Part shown: one piece after another, positions 1-8,964 of the stretch
How positions within the stretch are numbered: position 1 is the stretch's first letter
Layout of the letters: every line of letters begins with the position of its first letter
NCBI GenBank assembly: GCA_002437105.1
Contig: DJOB01000006.1
Span: 299,273-363,272 of the forward strand
DNA: 64,000 nucleotides
Direction: 5' to 3'
Origin: Bacillales bacterium UBA6449
GTDB lineage: Bacteria; Bacillota_I; Bacilli_A; RFN20; CAG-288
The notes under the pieces: generated by a model
What the model saw: the letters and a program-made list of their open reading frames with translations, nothing else
Told to the model about the DNA's origin: nothing
The model's database searches: none
Position numbers and translations under genes: made by a program

Positions 1-1341
1 GCCTCCGATGCGACGCGCGGTTTCTTCACCGCGGTGCTGTCTCTTTTCACCCTCGTCGTTCTTCTCGGCATCGTCGTCTACATCTTCCAGACCGGCGGTT
101 CGACGCTCAGCTGGAATTTCATCACGGGTAAGAATGCCTCGGAGAAGGTCTCTATCTACATGGATGAGAGCGATGGTGTGCAGCCGGGTAAAGAGTTCCA
201 GTACAACGCTAAGGAGAATGAGTTCTTCTCTCCGAACTGGGGTGTCGCGCTGACCGATTCGACCGACTCCGAGGGCAAGTATGTCCTCAAGATCGCCTAC
301 ATCGATAAGGATTCTCCGTTTCTGCGGCTCAAGGAGCACAACAGCGACGCGGATCTCGATGGCAGCTATGTCAATGTCGGAGCGGGCTGGTACCTGTCTT
401 CGGCTATCCGCGGTAAGGATGCGGATGGTAAAGCCGTAGTTCTCTATCCCAACAAGGATAAGGCGGAGAAGACGATCGCCAAGCTCGATACCATGTCCTA
501 CATCACTTCGGGTACGATCACCTATGGCGGTGGCGGTATCGTCGGCCCCCTGATCACCACTCTGTGGATGATCCTCTTCTCGCTGGTCATCGCCCTGCCG
601 CTGGGAATCGGCGGCGCCGTCTATCTCTCCATCTATGCTAAGAAGAACATCCTCACCAAGATCATCCGGTCGCTCGTCGATATGATATCTGGTATACCTT
701 CCATCATCTTCGGCTTGGCGGGCGCCATCATATTCATTCCCATCTTCTCCAACGGTGGTTCGATTGGAAATATCCTTTCCGGATCGGCCACCCTCGCTTG
801 CGTGGTTCTCCCGACGATCATAAAGGCGATGGAGGAGGCGATAAATGTCATTCCTCCCTCGATCAGCCGCGCTTCGCTGGCGCTGGGGGCCAGCCGGACT
901 CAGACGGTGTTCAAGGTCATCATCCCCAATGCGGTCCCCGGTATCCTGACCGGCTCGCTCCTGGCGACCGGAAGGATCATCGGCGAGTCGGCGGCGCTGG
1001 TGTTCGCGACGGGAACCATCATCTCCGATACCATCTCACCCGTCTCGCAGGCGCCCGCTTCGCTAGCGGTCTACATCTGGAAGGTCATGTCGGGTGAGGC
1101 ACCCAACTACCGTGCGGCTTCCGCGGCGGCGATCCTGATCCTGATTGTCGTCCTGATCCTCAACCTGCTCGTCAAGCTGATCGCTTCGAAGTTCGATAAG
1201 TTCACGCCGCGCGGTCCTAAGAGCTGGGCGAGAAGGCTCTGGGACAAGATGATCGCCAAGATCAAGACCCGTCAGGAGATAAGGAATAATATAAGAGGTG
1301 GCTCTAAGCCGCTGAAGGAAGGAGCTTCAAATGAAGACTGA
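1..1341 (+). CDS. pstA: phosphate ABC transporter permease PstA; the 5' end probably lies upstream of the window
   Basis: Frame 1 is open from base 1, so the track ORF 34..1341 is a minimum. It has multiple TM segments. The EAA-type permease loop reads [42 protein letters not shown]. It sits directly upstream of, and overlaps, pstB. A roughly 140-aa hydrophilic loop follows TM1. Confidence 0.85.
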   Translation, partial: ASDATRGFFTAVLSLFTLVVLLGIVVYIFQTGGSTLSWNFITGKNASEKVSIYMDESDGVQPGKEFQYNAKENEFFSPNWGVALTDSTDSEGKYVLKIAYIDKDSPFLRLKEHNSDADLDGSYVNVGAGWYLSSAIRGKDADGKAVVLYPNKDKAEKTIAKLDTMSYITSGTITYGGGGIVGPLITTLWMILFSLVIALPLGIGGAVYLSIYAKKNILTKIIRSLVDMISGIPSIIFGLAGAIIFIPIFSNGGSIGNILSGSATLACVVLPTIIKAMEEAINVIPPSISRASLALGASRTQTVFKVIIPNAVPGILTGSLLATGRIIGESAALVFATGTIISDTISPVSQAPASLAVYIWKVMSGEAPNYRAASAAAILILIVVLILNLLVKLIASKFDKFTPRGPKSWARRLWDKMIAKIKTRQEIRNNIRGGSKPLKEGASNED

Positions 1342-2236
1342 AGAGCAGATTGAACAGAAGCGTCAGAAGCTTCTCGAAGTCATGCACGAAGCCGATAATC
1401 GCACCGATCTGGAGGAGGGTCGGGTCTCGCTCGTCGGAGCGCCAGCTCAGGCGATGAGCGACCTCGAATACGAGAAGAACCCCGGTGACACCATCTTTGA
1501 GGCCAAGCATCTGAACCTCTGGTACGATGACGACCATCAGGCTCTTCACGACATCAACATCAAGATCTTCAAGAATAAAGTTACAGCTTTTATCGGACCG
1601 TCCGGCTGTGGAAAGTCCACTTTCCTGCGCTGCTTCGACCGGATGAACGATCTGATCGAGGGATGCAAGATTAAGGGTGAGCTGCTCTTCAACGGGGTCG
1701 ATATCAAGACGATCAATCCCATCCTTCTCCGCTCCCGCGTCGGCATGGTCTTTCAGCAGCCTAATCCCTTCCCGATGTCGATCGCTAAGAACATCACCTA
1801 CGGACCGCGGTGCCAGGGAATCAAGGATAGGAAGTACCTGCGTCAGCTGGTCAACGACTCTTTGGAGGAGGCGGCTCTGTACAACGAGGTCAAGGACCGT
1901 CTGAACTCTTCAGGCATGGCGCTCTCGGGAGGACAGCAGCAGCGACTCTGCATCGCCAGGACCGTAGCTATGCATCCCGATGTCATCCTGATGGACGAGC
2001 CCACTTCCGCGCTCGATCCTATCGCGACTAAGAAGATCGAGGATCTGATACAGAAGCTCAAAAAGAAGTACACTATCATCATAGTCACCCACAATATGCA
2101 GCAGGCGACCAGGGTGGCGGACTATACCGCGTTCTTCGTGCTCGGCAAACTCATCGAGTTTGCTCCTACCGCTCAGTTCTTCTCGCATCCTAAGGAGAAG
2201 GAGAGTGAGGATTACATCACCGGTCGGTTCAGTTAG
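1331..2236 (+). CDS. pstB: phosphate import ATP-binding protein PstB, with an N-terminal extension of about 45 aa
   Basis: Walker A is GPSGCGKST, the signature is [13 protein letters not shown] and Walker B is [11 protein letters not shown]. The C-terminal [18 protein letters not shown] is typical of PstB. It overlaps the pstA stop by 11 nt. Confidence 0.95.
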   Translation: MKTEEQIEQKRQKLLEVMHEADNRTDLEEGRVSLVGAPAQAMSDLEYEKNPGDTIFEAKHLNLWYDDDHQALHDINIKIFKNKVTAFIGPSGCGKSTFLRCFDRMNDLIEGCKIKGELLFNGVDIKTINPILLRSRVGMVFQQPNPFPMSIAKNITYGPRCQGIKDRKYLRQLVNDSLEEAALYNEVKDRLNSSGMALSGGQQQRLCIARTVAMHPDVILMDEPTSALDPIATKKIEDLIQKLKKKYTIIIVTHNMQQATRVADYTAFFVLGKLIEFAPTAQFFSHPKEKESEDYITGRFS

Positions 2237-2301
2237 AGCTTTCGATGCGGCAGGCCGGTGGATTCGGAACGACGGGTATTAAAGTTAAAAGGAGAATTGG
2301 T

Positions 2302-2952
2302 ATGAATCTCGATCAGGAAGTAAATCTAATAAATGAGGAGCTGGAGAAGATGTTCTCCCTCACTAGAGAATTCCTTCGTCGTTCTCTGGTCTACTATCTC
2401 TCGGGCGAGGATTCTAAGTTCATTCCTACCATCGATGATAACCAGGTCAACGCCTCGGAGCGGAATGTCGAGTCCTGGTGCCTCTCCATCCTGCTCAAGG
2501 AGCGGGTCTATGCGAAGGATCTGAGGAGAGTGACCGGCTGCCTCAAGCTGGTGACCGATATCGAGAGGATCGGTGATCACGCTCGCGACATCAAGGAGGC
2601 AGCTGATAAGATCGGTAGCCTGAAGGAACAGGGAATCGACATGAATGTCATCCAGCCTCTCGTCGACTACGTCCTCAAGATGTACGATGATTCGGTCTGC
2701 GCTTTCGTTACGTACGATGTGCCCCTGGCGGAGGAGATCTGCTCGCACGACAACGAGGTCGACGATCGCTATTCCAAGGTTCTGGCGGAAGTTATCAACG
2801 AGGCTAAGGGAAATCGTATCTCAGCTGAGTATGCTATCTATACCAACCTTGTTTTAAAATATCTCGAGAGGGTGGCGGATCACGCGGTGAATATCGCTGA
2901 GTGGACAGTCTTTATCAAGAATGGTTTCCATAAGGACTCTGTCATCATCTAG
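2302..2952 (+). CDS. phoU: phosphate signalling regulator PhoU
   Basis: It has two PhoU repeats, IERIGDHARDI and LERVADHAVNIAEW. I placed the start at ATG 2302 because AAAGGAG lies 7 nt upstream. The track ORF starts earlier at 2245 with no RBS. Confidence 0.9.
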   Translation: MNLDQEVNLINEELEKMFSLTREFLRRSLVYYLSGEDSKFIPTIDDNQVNASERNVESWCLSILLKERVYAKDLRRVTGCLKLVTDIERIGDHARDIKEAADKIGSLKEQGIDMNVIQPLVDYVLKMYDDSVCAFVTYDVPLAEEICSHDNEVDDRYSKVLAEVINEAKGNRISAEYAIYTNLVLKYLERVADHAVNIAEWTVFIKNGFHKDSVII

Positions 2953-2966
2953 ATAGGAGGAGGCAG

Positions 2967-3662
2967 ATGTCCGCTGATGCATCGGGTGTTCTAATATACA
3001 TCGTCGAAGATGATCCTGCGATTCAGGAGTTGGAGTTCACAGCTCTCTCTCGACAGGGTTATGAAGTTAAGGCTTTCTCTACAGGTGCTGACTTCTTTAA
3101 GGCTCTCGAGAAGGAGAGACCGAATCTGTGTGTTTTGGATCTGATGTTGCCCGATACCACGGGTGAGAATATTTTGCGTGCTATCCGGGTGAATGGTGAT
3201 TACGACGGAATTCAGGTGGTTATCGTCTCGGCGAAGAATCTGCTCTCCGATCGCGTCGATAATCTCGAGATGGGAGCGGATGACTATATAGAGAAGCCGT
3301 TCGATATCATCGAGTTCATCGCGCGGATCAACGCGAGACTCCGCCGCTCATCCGCGAGGACGCGAGTCAGTTCCGATGGCATATGCGTGGATGAGAAGAC
3401 TAGGTCCGTGCGCTTCAAGGGCGAGAATCTGAAGCTGACCAATGCGGAGTTTGTCCTTCTGGCCATGCTGGTCAAAGGTCAGGGTGCAATCGTATCCCGC
3501 AAGGATATGGTCGAGAAGCTCTGGGGTAGCAATGGCGATGTCACCACGCGGACGATCGATACTCACATCAACTCCATCAGAAAGAAGCTGGGCGATGTGG
3601 ATGGCAATCTGATACAGACCGTCTACGGGGTTGGTTACAAGCTCCCTGGGGAGAATAGCTGA
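2967..3662 (+). CDS. OmpR/PhoB-family response regulator (PhoP-like by context)
   Basis: The receiver domain reads IYIVEDDP...VLDLMLPD. The winged-helix output reads TRTIDTHINSIRKKL and VYGVGYKL. An RBS AGGAGG lies upstream. Confidence 0.9.
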   Translation: MSADASGVLIYIVEDDPAIQELEFTALSRQGYEVKAFSTGADFFKALEKERPNLCVLDLMLPDTTGENILRAIRVNGDYDGIQVVIVSAKNLLSDRVDNLEMGADDYIEKPFDIIEFIARINARLRRSSARTRVSSDGICVDEKTRSVRFKGENLKLTNAEFVLLAMLVKGQGAIVSRKDMVEKLWGSNGDVTTRTIDTHINSIRKKLGDVDGNLIQTVYGVGYKLPGENS

Positions 3663-5284
3663 TGAACCTCAAGCGGAGATGGGCCCTGCTGCTGGTCCTT
3701 CTAGCTACGGCTAGCCCCACCATTTCAGGACTGGTGGGGTCCGGTATCGCCTTCGGTCTATCCAAGGCTGATATCGAGGATGAAGTCACGGTTCTCTCCG
3801 AGCATCTATATAGTGCTTATAGCTCATATAATAGTGGCGATAAAACTCTTTTTGAAGATCTAAAATCTCTGTCTAATGATAGAGGTTGGTATATTGATTA
3901 CCTCTCGGTAACTGAATTTGAGTCGCAGTTAGGATTCCCCCTTGAAAGTCATACCTCCAAGATTATGTATGTCAGTGGTAAACCTCTCGGTAAGGCGATC
4001 TATCGGGTGAGCAAGGTCAGGGATCAGGTCTATTCAGTGGTGGCTGCTCCCGTCCCCAGCTATATAGCTGCCGAGTTCTGGCTGGTGTCGACTGTCTTTC
4101 CGCTCGTGACTGTTCTCGTCACCGCTATGGATGCACTGGTATTTATCTGGAACCGGAAGAAGAATGCCAGGCTCGCGGGGAGCGCCGCTCGTTTGGCTAG
4201 AGCGAGCGGTAGCAATACGAAGGGATTCGACCTCTCAGATGAGGAGGGCCTACTGGCTGCCTGCATCGATGATGGGACGGATAGGATTACCGATCTCAAG
4301 CGCGAGATCACCTTGGCTAATAATCGGGGAAACGCCATCCTAAATTCCATGCCTGATAGCCTTGTGCTGCTGGATGGAAGAGGGAAGATCCTTCTATCCA
4401 ATAAGTCTTTCAATAAGTATTTCTCTGCCGCAGTCCTCTCCGATTCCTCTATTGTGGACGCCTTTCAGAGCTGCTTGAGGGATCAGCGAAAGATCAGATT
4501 CGATTACGAGAGGATGGGAAGAACCTACCTTGTTTCCGTGATTCCCTGCCATCTGCCTCCTGATGATGGGGCGTCCATCTGCTTCTCCGATATGACCGAG
4601 CAGCGGAGGCTCGAAGCGGCGAAGAGCGACTTCTTCGCCTTTGCTTCTCACGAGCTGAAATCGCCTCTCACTTCCATCATCGGATATCAGCAGCTGATCA
4701 GATCTGGCATCTTGAATGATAAAGCCTCCATCGATAATGCTCTCGATATCTCTCTAAAGCAGGCACAGGAGATGAAGGAGATGATCCGCGATATGCTGGA
4801 TATTTCATCCTTGGAGTCGCGTAAGCAGCGTACGCAGTCGCTCATGGATATGGCTGAGGTCTGTCGTCAGTGCATCGATCAGATCAGGCCTGAAGCGGAG
4901 AAGAAACACCTGAAGATCCTGACGGATCTGGAGAAATACCGGATACTGATCAATCCTCAAGACGCGGAGAGGATGGTTAGAAATATACTGAGCAATGCGG
5001 TCAAATATAACAAGGTGAATGGAACTATCCTCGTCGTCCTCAAGGCCGCTGATAATACGCTCGAGATATCTGATACGGGCATAGGGATACCTAAGGAAGA
5101 TCAAATAAAGGTCTTTGATCGTTTCTATCGGGTTCAAGGAAATACGATCGAAGGTACTGGTTTGGGGCTTTCGATCGTTAAGCACGTATGTGTCTATTAT
5201 GGATTTAAGTTGTCTTTGACCTCCGATCTCGGGAAGGGAACTACCATCAAGATAAAGATGAATCGCGATAAGGATAGGAATTGA
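3662..5284 (+). CDS. sensor histidine kinase (PhoR-like by context)
   Basis: Its start overlaps the regulator's stop (ATGA). It has two TM segments flanking an extracytoplasmic loop of about 100 aa. The H-box is FASHELKSPLTSI, the N-box is NAVKYN, and the G-boxes are DTGIGIP and GTGLGLSIVK. Confidence 0.9.
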   Translation: MNLKRRWALLLVLLATASPTISGLVGSGIAFGLSKADIEDEVTVLSEHLYSAYSSYNSGDKTLFEDLKSLSNDRGWYIDYLSVTEFESQLGFPLESHTSKIMYVSGKPLGKAIYRVSKVRDQVYSVVAAPVPSYIAAEFWLVSTVFPLVTVLVTAMDALVFIWNRKKNARLAGSAARLARASGSNTKGFDLSDEEGLLAACIDDGTDRITDLKREITLANNRGNAILNSMPDSLVLLDGRGKILLSNKSFNKYFSAAVLSDSSIVDAFQSCLRDQRKIRFDYERMGRTYLVSVIPCHLPPDDGASICFSDMTEQRRLEAAKSDFFAFASHELKSPLTSIIGYQQLIRSGILNDKASIDNALDISLKQAQEMKEMIRDMLDISSLESRKQRTQSLMDMAEVCRQCIDQIRPEAEKKHLKILTDLEKYRILINPQDAERMVRNILSNAVKYNKVNGTILVVLKAADNTLEISDTGIGIPKEDQIKVFDRFYRVQGNTIEGTGLGLSIVKHVCVYYGFKLSLTSDLGKGTTIKIKMNRDKDRN

Positions 5285-5486
5285 TCACTGATTCTTATTT
5301 TGACTAGCGATGAAACTATTTTGGATCCTGATCTCGAGCTGAGACGAGTTTTTATATTTGTTTTTAGTGTAGTGAATAATGGCTGAATGAGGTGTTGAGG
5401 GTTATCGATAGAATCAAGTTCCTAAAGAAAGAGATAAACGATATGCCTATATTTTCCGAATCTATTGTCCCTGCATTTTAGTGTAT

Positions 5487-5509
5487 GAAAAAAGCCCGTT
5501 TAGGGGCTT
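5487..5509 (-). terminator. intrinsic terminator downstream of tRNA-Ser(CGA)
   Basis: The stem AAGCCC/GGGCTT (5492-5497 / 5504-5509) has a 6-nt loop. The plus-strand A-run 5487-5493 gives a U-run on the minus strand. Confidence 0.6.
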
Positions 5510-5585
5510 CTTTATCACTTATCTTTTGGGGATAAGTATCTAGTGGAACTCACATCTATCGATTAGGGTTCGCATAGAAATCTGA

Positions 5586-5676
5586 TGGCGGAGAAGAAGG
5601 GATTTGAACCCTTGCTAGGCTTGCGCCTACTGCTGGTTTTCGAAACCAGTCCCTTCAACCACTTGGGTACTTCTCC
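5586..5676 (-). tRNA. tRNA-Ser (anticodon CGA), class II long variable arm, CCA encoded
   Basis: The reverse complement folds as GGAGAAG-TA-D arm-CTGGT TTCGAAA ACCAG-long variable arm-AAGGG TTCAAAT CCCTT-CTTCTCC-G-CCA. Confidence 0.9.
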
Positions 5677-6043
5677 AACAAGCGAATATTATACACTTAC
5701 AGAGAGCTTATTTAATTTAATATTGAGCATTAACAAAGTGGTGAAAACGGTGCAGGCGCGAGATTTAAAGATTACTCAGGTTATATGATGTCAAAGAAAA
5801 GACTTGTGTATTTATAAGAAAATAGGCAAGGTGTTGATTAGATGAGACTATCGGATTAGGCTAAAAACGAAGATTTTCTATTATTTACCATGAAAAAGTT
5901 AAATATAGGTAGTAAATAAAGGTATAATTTAAAGGCTGTGCGGATGTGATTTGCGACTTATGTTGCAGACCGCTGCGGATGGCAAGAGGGGTGTGCGGAC
6001 GTCACCTGAGGCGAAAGCTTCGAAGAATCCGATAGATGACGAT

Positions 6044-6128
6044 GTCCTGGTGGCGAAACTGGTACACGCGATAGACTTAGGATCTATTGGAGGAATCCAT
6101 GCAGGTTCAAGTCCTGTCCAGGACACCA
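6044..6128 (+). tRNA. tRNA-Leu (anticodon TAG), class II, CCA encoded
   Basis: It folds as GTCCTGG-TG-D arm-ATAGA CTTAGGA TCTAT-variable arm-GCAGG TTCAAGT CCTGT-CCAGGAC-A-CCA. Confidence 0.9.
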
Positions 6129-6140
6129 TGATTGAACAGA

Positions 6141-6176
6141 CCTCTGATTCCTATGAGTGGTTTCGGAGGTTTTTTG
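6141..6176 (+). terminator. probable intrinsic terminator after tRNA-Leu(TAG)
   Basis: The stem CCTCTG/CGGAGG includes one G-U pair and has a large loop. It is followed by TTTTTTGTTT. Confidence 0.5.
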
Positions 6177-6373
6177 TTTCTGAATCAGTGAGGTGCGGCT
6201 TTGAATTTCAAGTCTTTTAGATAGGTTGATGATACTGGGCGGAATATTTAGAAAGGATTTAATATAAAAACCATGATCGTAGGACATTTAGTTTTTAGGC
6301 GACCTGTTTAAGACTTGAGAAGATTATCAATAAATTCTTGGGTCACTCGAATTTTTGGCTGAAAATTTGGACT

Positions 6374-6395
6374 AAAAAAGCGGCCATCAGCCGCT
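6374..6395 (-). terminator. intrinsic terminator after the small membrane protein gene
   Basis: The stem GCGGC/GCCGC (6380-6384 / 6390-6394) starts at the stop codon. The plus-strand A-run 6374-6379 gives a U-run on the minus strand. Confidence 0.65.
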
Positions 6396-6670
6396 TATTT
6401 AGATGAACCATCAGCTTCTTTCTCATGAATCTCTCTAGAGAAATTGGATGAGATCGAAGTGAGGATCGTCATGATGCAGGTCGGAATCCAGATGGTGATT
6501 CCAGGATAGAACAACTCTGGGACGACCCATTGTTCCGGCGTGGCTCTCAGTACTACGCCGAGGATGACCAAGGTCATTCCTATCAGGTAGAAGAGGACCA
6601 GAACGAGTATATAAAGGGCAGCATGTTTTCTATTTAGGTCGGCTATTTTGCCTAAGAACCTAGCTAGCAT
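6395..6670 (-). CDS. small hypothetical membrane protein (91 aa, 2-3 TM)
   Basis: A strong RBS (GAAGGAGAG) lies 6 nt before the ATG. Hydrophobic segments include LYILVLVLFYLIGMTLVILGVVL and ITIWIPTCIMTILTSI. The gene begins 17 nt downstream of tRNA-Arg(CCG). Confidence 0.6.
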   Translation of the reverse strand: MLARFLGKIADLNRKHAALYILVLVLFYLIGMTLVILGVVLRATPEQWVVPELFYPGITIWIPTCIMTILTSISSNFSREIHEKEADGSSK

Positions 6671-6686
6671 GTGCCCTCTCCTTCGA

Positions 6687-6763
6687 TGGTGCGCCCGAGG
6701 GGACTTAAACCCCTGGCCTTGAGATTCGGAGTCTCACGCTCTATTCAGCTGAGCTACGGGCGC
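6687..6763 (-). tRNA. tRNA-Arg (anticodon CCG)
   Basis: The reverse complement folds as GCGCCCG-TA-GCTC AGCTGAATA GAGC-G-TGAGA CTCCGAA TCTCA-AGGCC-AGGGG TTTAAGT CCCCT-CGGGCGC-A-CCA. Confidence 0.9.
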
Positions 6764-6775
6764 AAAGTGAAAAAG

Positions 6776-6853
6776 TGGCGCTCCCGGCAAGATTCGAACT
6801 TGTGGCCTGCCGCTTAGGAGGCGGCCGCTCTAATCCAACTGAGCTACGGGAGC
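6776..6853 (-). tRNA. tRNA-Arg (anticodon CCT)
   Basis: The reverse complement folds as GCTCCCG-TA-GCTC AGTTGGATTA GAGC-G-GCCGC CTCCTAA GCGGC-AGGCC-ACAAG TTCGAAT CTTGC-CGGGAGC-G-CCA. Confidence 0.9.
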
Positions 6854-6962
6854 GTCGCACCGGAGATTATACACATAGGAGAGTCAAAATTCATTGTTTT
6901 CCTCTTCAATTTATCGATGTTTGTCCATATCAGGGATATCTAGTATGTAAGGAGGTGCTTAA

Positions 6963-8714
6963 ATGCGCATCGCAAAGAAGCTGTTAGCTCTACTTCCGCT
7001 CCTATCTATCTCTACTTCGCCCCCTAGCGCGAATGATCCGTTCGCCCTTTTGTCTGATAAGCCAGTTAATAGGGCTGTGGATGATTCTTCGATTTTTAGT
7101 TTCCATCAGGCATCTCCCTATACCAATATTCTCAGCAATACTGATCTGAAGCAGAATGGATCCAGCATTAGAGCGAGATTCGATCACCTCAAATATGGAA
7201 TGATGTACAACATCGTCTTCAGGTTTGGTGCTAAGCCATATTCTGAACATCTAGGTTTCTCTTTAAAGGCAGACTTTGATGACTATCGTGGTAATCGTGA
7301 TAGTTCACAGCTTACTTTAAGTTCATATCCCAATGCTAAGGTGACGGAGGATAAGGGTTATCTATCTTGTGTGTATATCAATGGGGATTGGTGTTTCTCT
7401 TATACTCCGCCCTATTCGTATGGTGGCTCGGTTAGTATTGAGGCATATGTCAGTAATACTCAGTCTGTTCTCTCCCGTTTCTCTGCCTATCAAGGGGATG
7501 AGGCACGAGGGATAATCCCTTATAAAGGTACGGTAAATCCTAATAGAGTCACATTTAAGGTTCAGGCTAATAATCGGGTTAATATCCAGGCTTCACCGCT
7601 TGTCCCAGTTCAGCCGGGTGAGCTCTTGGATGGCCTAATCGCTTATGATGACTATGATCAGGAGTGGATTAGACCCGAGCCGGATGGCGATTCCTTGGAT
7701 AGGTATGCTGAGCTTCTAGGACGGGGATTCGAGGTGGGTGATGCGCCTGTTATCCGGTTTATTGCGACTGATAAATCTAACAATTCCTCGAAGATTTCAG
7801 TGGTCATCAACTACATGGATCTACAAGCTCCTAAGATATCCTTCCCTGATGTCGATGGAGATGTGATCTCCATCTCCTATACTCAAGCGGAAAATAGCGA
7901 GAAGGCGCATGCAGCCGTTCTAGCCAAGGCATCAGTCGAGGATGATCTTAGAGAGGACATTACGCCGACCGTCGAGATAATGGACTTTAAGCCTCTTACC
8001 TTGGGTACCTATCCATTTAAGGTGGTCGCTACCGATGGATACAACAGTACCATAAGCAATGGATATCTAGAGATCTTCGACGATGTGGCACCTCGGGTCG
8101 ATGGTCCTTCTGTCATTACTACCTCTGTCTCTTCACCGCTAACTCCTCAGGGCATAATCGATATGTTCGACATCGAGGATGCAATAGATGGGGACAATCT
8201 GACCGTCAGTCTGGAGAATAACACCTATCACAAGGGTAGCAACTGCGTGAAAGTGGGATATTACAGTTTTGACCTGGTAGTTGTAGACAAGTCAGGAAAC
8301 AGAACCACTGAATCTGTATCGGTAGAGGTCAAGGATATCGATGGCCCTGTCTGGTATCTATACGGGTCTAACCTAGTCGTTCAGAAGGGAACCAAGGTTA
8401 CGCCGATGCAGATGGTTCAGCAGCTGGTACAGGAGGGGGTGATCGATGACCTGGATTATGTGCGAGCTTCTATCGATCAGGGTCAGGAGGTCGACGGCAC
8501 TCACGATGTAGGAACCCACAAGCTAATAGTTAAGGCTGAGACGATGGATGGAACGGCTAGGTATGCGGGAATAACGCTGACTGTCCTTTCCCCCGAGAGC
8601 TTGGGAGTCGACGATAATCCGCCAGTCAGAAGAAACGGATTTGTCCAATTCTTTGTCGATATTTGGGAGTCGATCGTCAACTTCTTTAAGAAGTTATTCG
8701 AGAAGCAGGTCTAA
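6963..8714 (+). CDS. secreted or surface hypothetical protein with repeated Ig-like modules (583 aa)
   Basis: An RBS AAGGAGG lies 7 nt upstream. The N-terminal signal peptide is MRIAKKLLALLPLLSISTSPPSA. Module boundaries recur as D-x-x-A/G-P (DLQAPKISF, DDVAPRVDG, DIDGPVWYL), as in DUF5011/HYR-like bacterial Ig folds. The C-terminal tail FVQFFVDIWESIVNFFKKLF is amphipathic and hydrophobic. Confidence 0.6.
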   Translation: MRIAKKLLALLPLLSISTSPPSANDPFALLSDKPVNRAVDDSSIFSFHQASPYTNILSNTDLKQNGSSIRARFDHLKYGMMYNIVFRFGAKPYSEHLGFSLKADFDDYRGNRDSSQLTLSSYPNAKVTEDKGYLSCVYINGDWCFSYTPPYSYGGSVSIEAYVSNTQSVLSRFSAYQGDEARGIIPYKGTVNPNRVTFKVQANNRVNIQASPLVPVQPGELLDGLIAYDDYDQEWIRPEPDGDSLDRYAELLGRGFEVGDAPVIRFIATDKSNNSSKISVVINYMDLQAPKISFPDVDGDVISISYTQAENSEKAHAAVLAKASVEDDLREDITPTVEIMDFKPLTLGTYPFKVVATDGYNSTISNGYLEIFDDVAPRVDGPSVITTSVSSPLTPQGIIDMFDIEDAIDGDNLTVSLENNTYHKGSNCVKVGYYSFDLVVVDKSGNRTTESVSVEVKDIDGPVWYLYGSNLVVQKGTKVTPMQMVQQLVQEGVIDDLDYVRASIDQGQEVDGTHDVGTHKLIVKAETMDGTARYAGITLTVLSPESLGVDDNPPVRRNGFVQFFVDIWESIVNFFKKLFEKQV

Positions 8715-8728
8715 AATTAAATAATAGG

Positions 8729-8757
8729 TTGAAAAAGCGCGGGGATGGTTGTATTAT
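8729..8757 (+). promoter_or_regulatory. sigma-70-type promoter for tRNA-Leu(CAG)
   Basis: TTGAAA (8729-8734), a 17-nt spacer, then TATTAT (8752-8757). The tRNA starts 18 nt downstream. Confidence 0.6.
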
Positions 8758-8774
8758 CTACTGCGCTTTGAATT

Positions 8775-8861
8775 GGGCTCGTGGTGAAATTGGTATACAC
8801 GTTAGATTCAGGGTCTAATGGGGTCAAACCCGTGAGAGTTCAAGTCTCTCCGAGCCCACCA
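8775..8861 (+). tRNA. tRNA-Leu (anticodon CAG), class II, CCA encoded
   Basis: It folds as GGGCTCG-TG-D arm-TTAGA TTCAGGG TCTAA-variable arm-GAGAG TTCAAGT CTCTC-CGAGCCC-A-CCA. Confidence 0.9.
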
Positions 8862-8872
8862 CTCGAATGAAT

Positions 8873-8897
8873 CACCTGGGTTTCCAGGTGTTTTTTA
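8873..8897 (+). terminator. intrinsic terminator after tRNA-Leu(CAG)
   Basis: A perfect 7-bp stem CACCTGG/CCAGGTG with loop GTTT, followed by TTTTTT. Confidence 0.8.
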
Positions 8898-8906
8898 TTG
8901 TCTAAA

Positions 8907-8935
8907 TTGCGTCCTCGTATATATCAACATATTAT
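8907..8935 (+). promoter_or_regulatory. candidate sigma-70 promoter of the suf operon
   Basis: TTGCGT (8907-8912), a 17-nt spacer, then TATTAT (8930-8935). It lies 30 nt upstream of the sufC ATG. Confidence 0.5.
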
Positions 8936-8964
8936 TATTACTTTTGATTTGAGGAGGTTAGGGC

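Noticed and set aside
5936-6043. Leader of tRNA-Leu(TAG) as small SRP (4.5S-like) RNA
   Set aside because: It has a GNRA-capped hairpin. However, the flanking internal-loop nucleotides (UGA / UCGA) do not match the conserved AGG / AGCA of SRP domain IV.
5585-6129. ORFs overlapping tRNA genes (5585..5788, 5929..6129, 5951..6220, 6775..6987, 24036..24245, 29293..29490)
   Set aside because: Each is explained by a well-folding tRNA on the same or the opposite strand, and none has an RBS.
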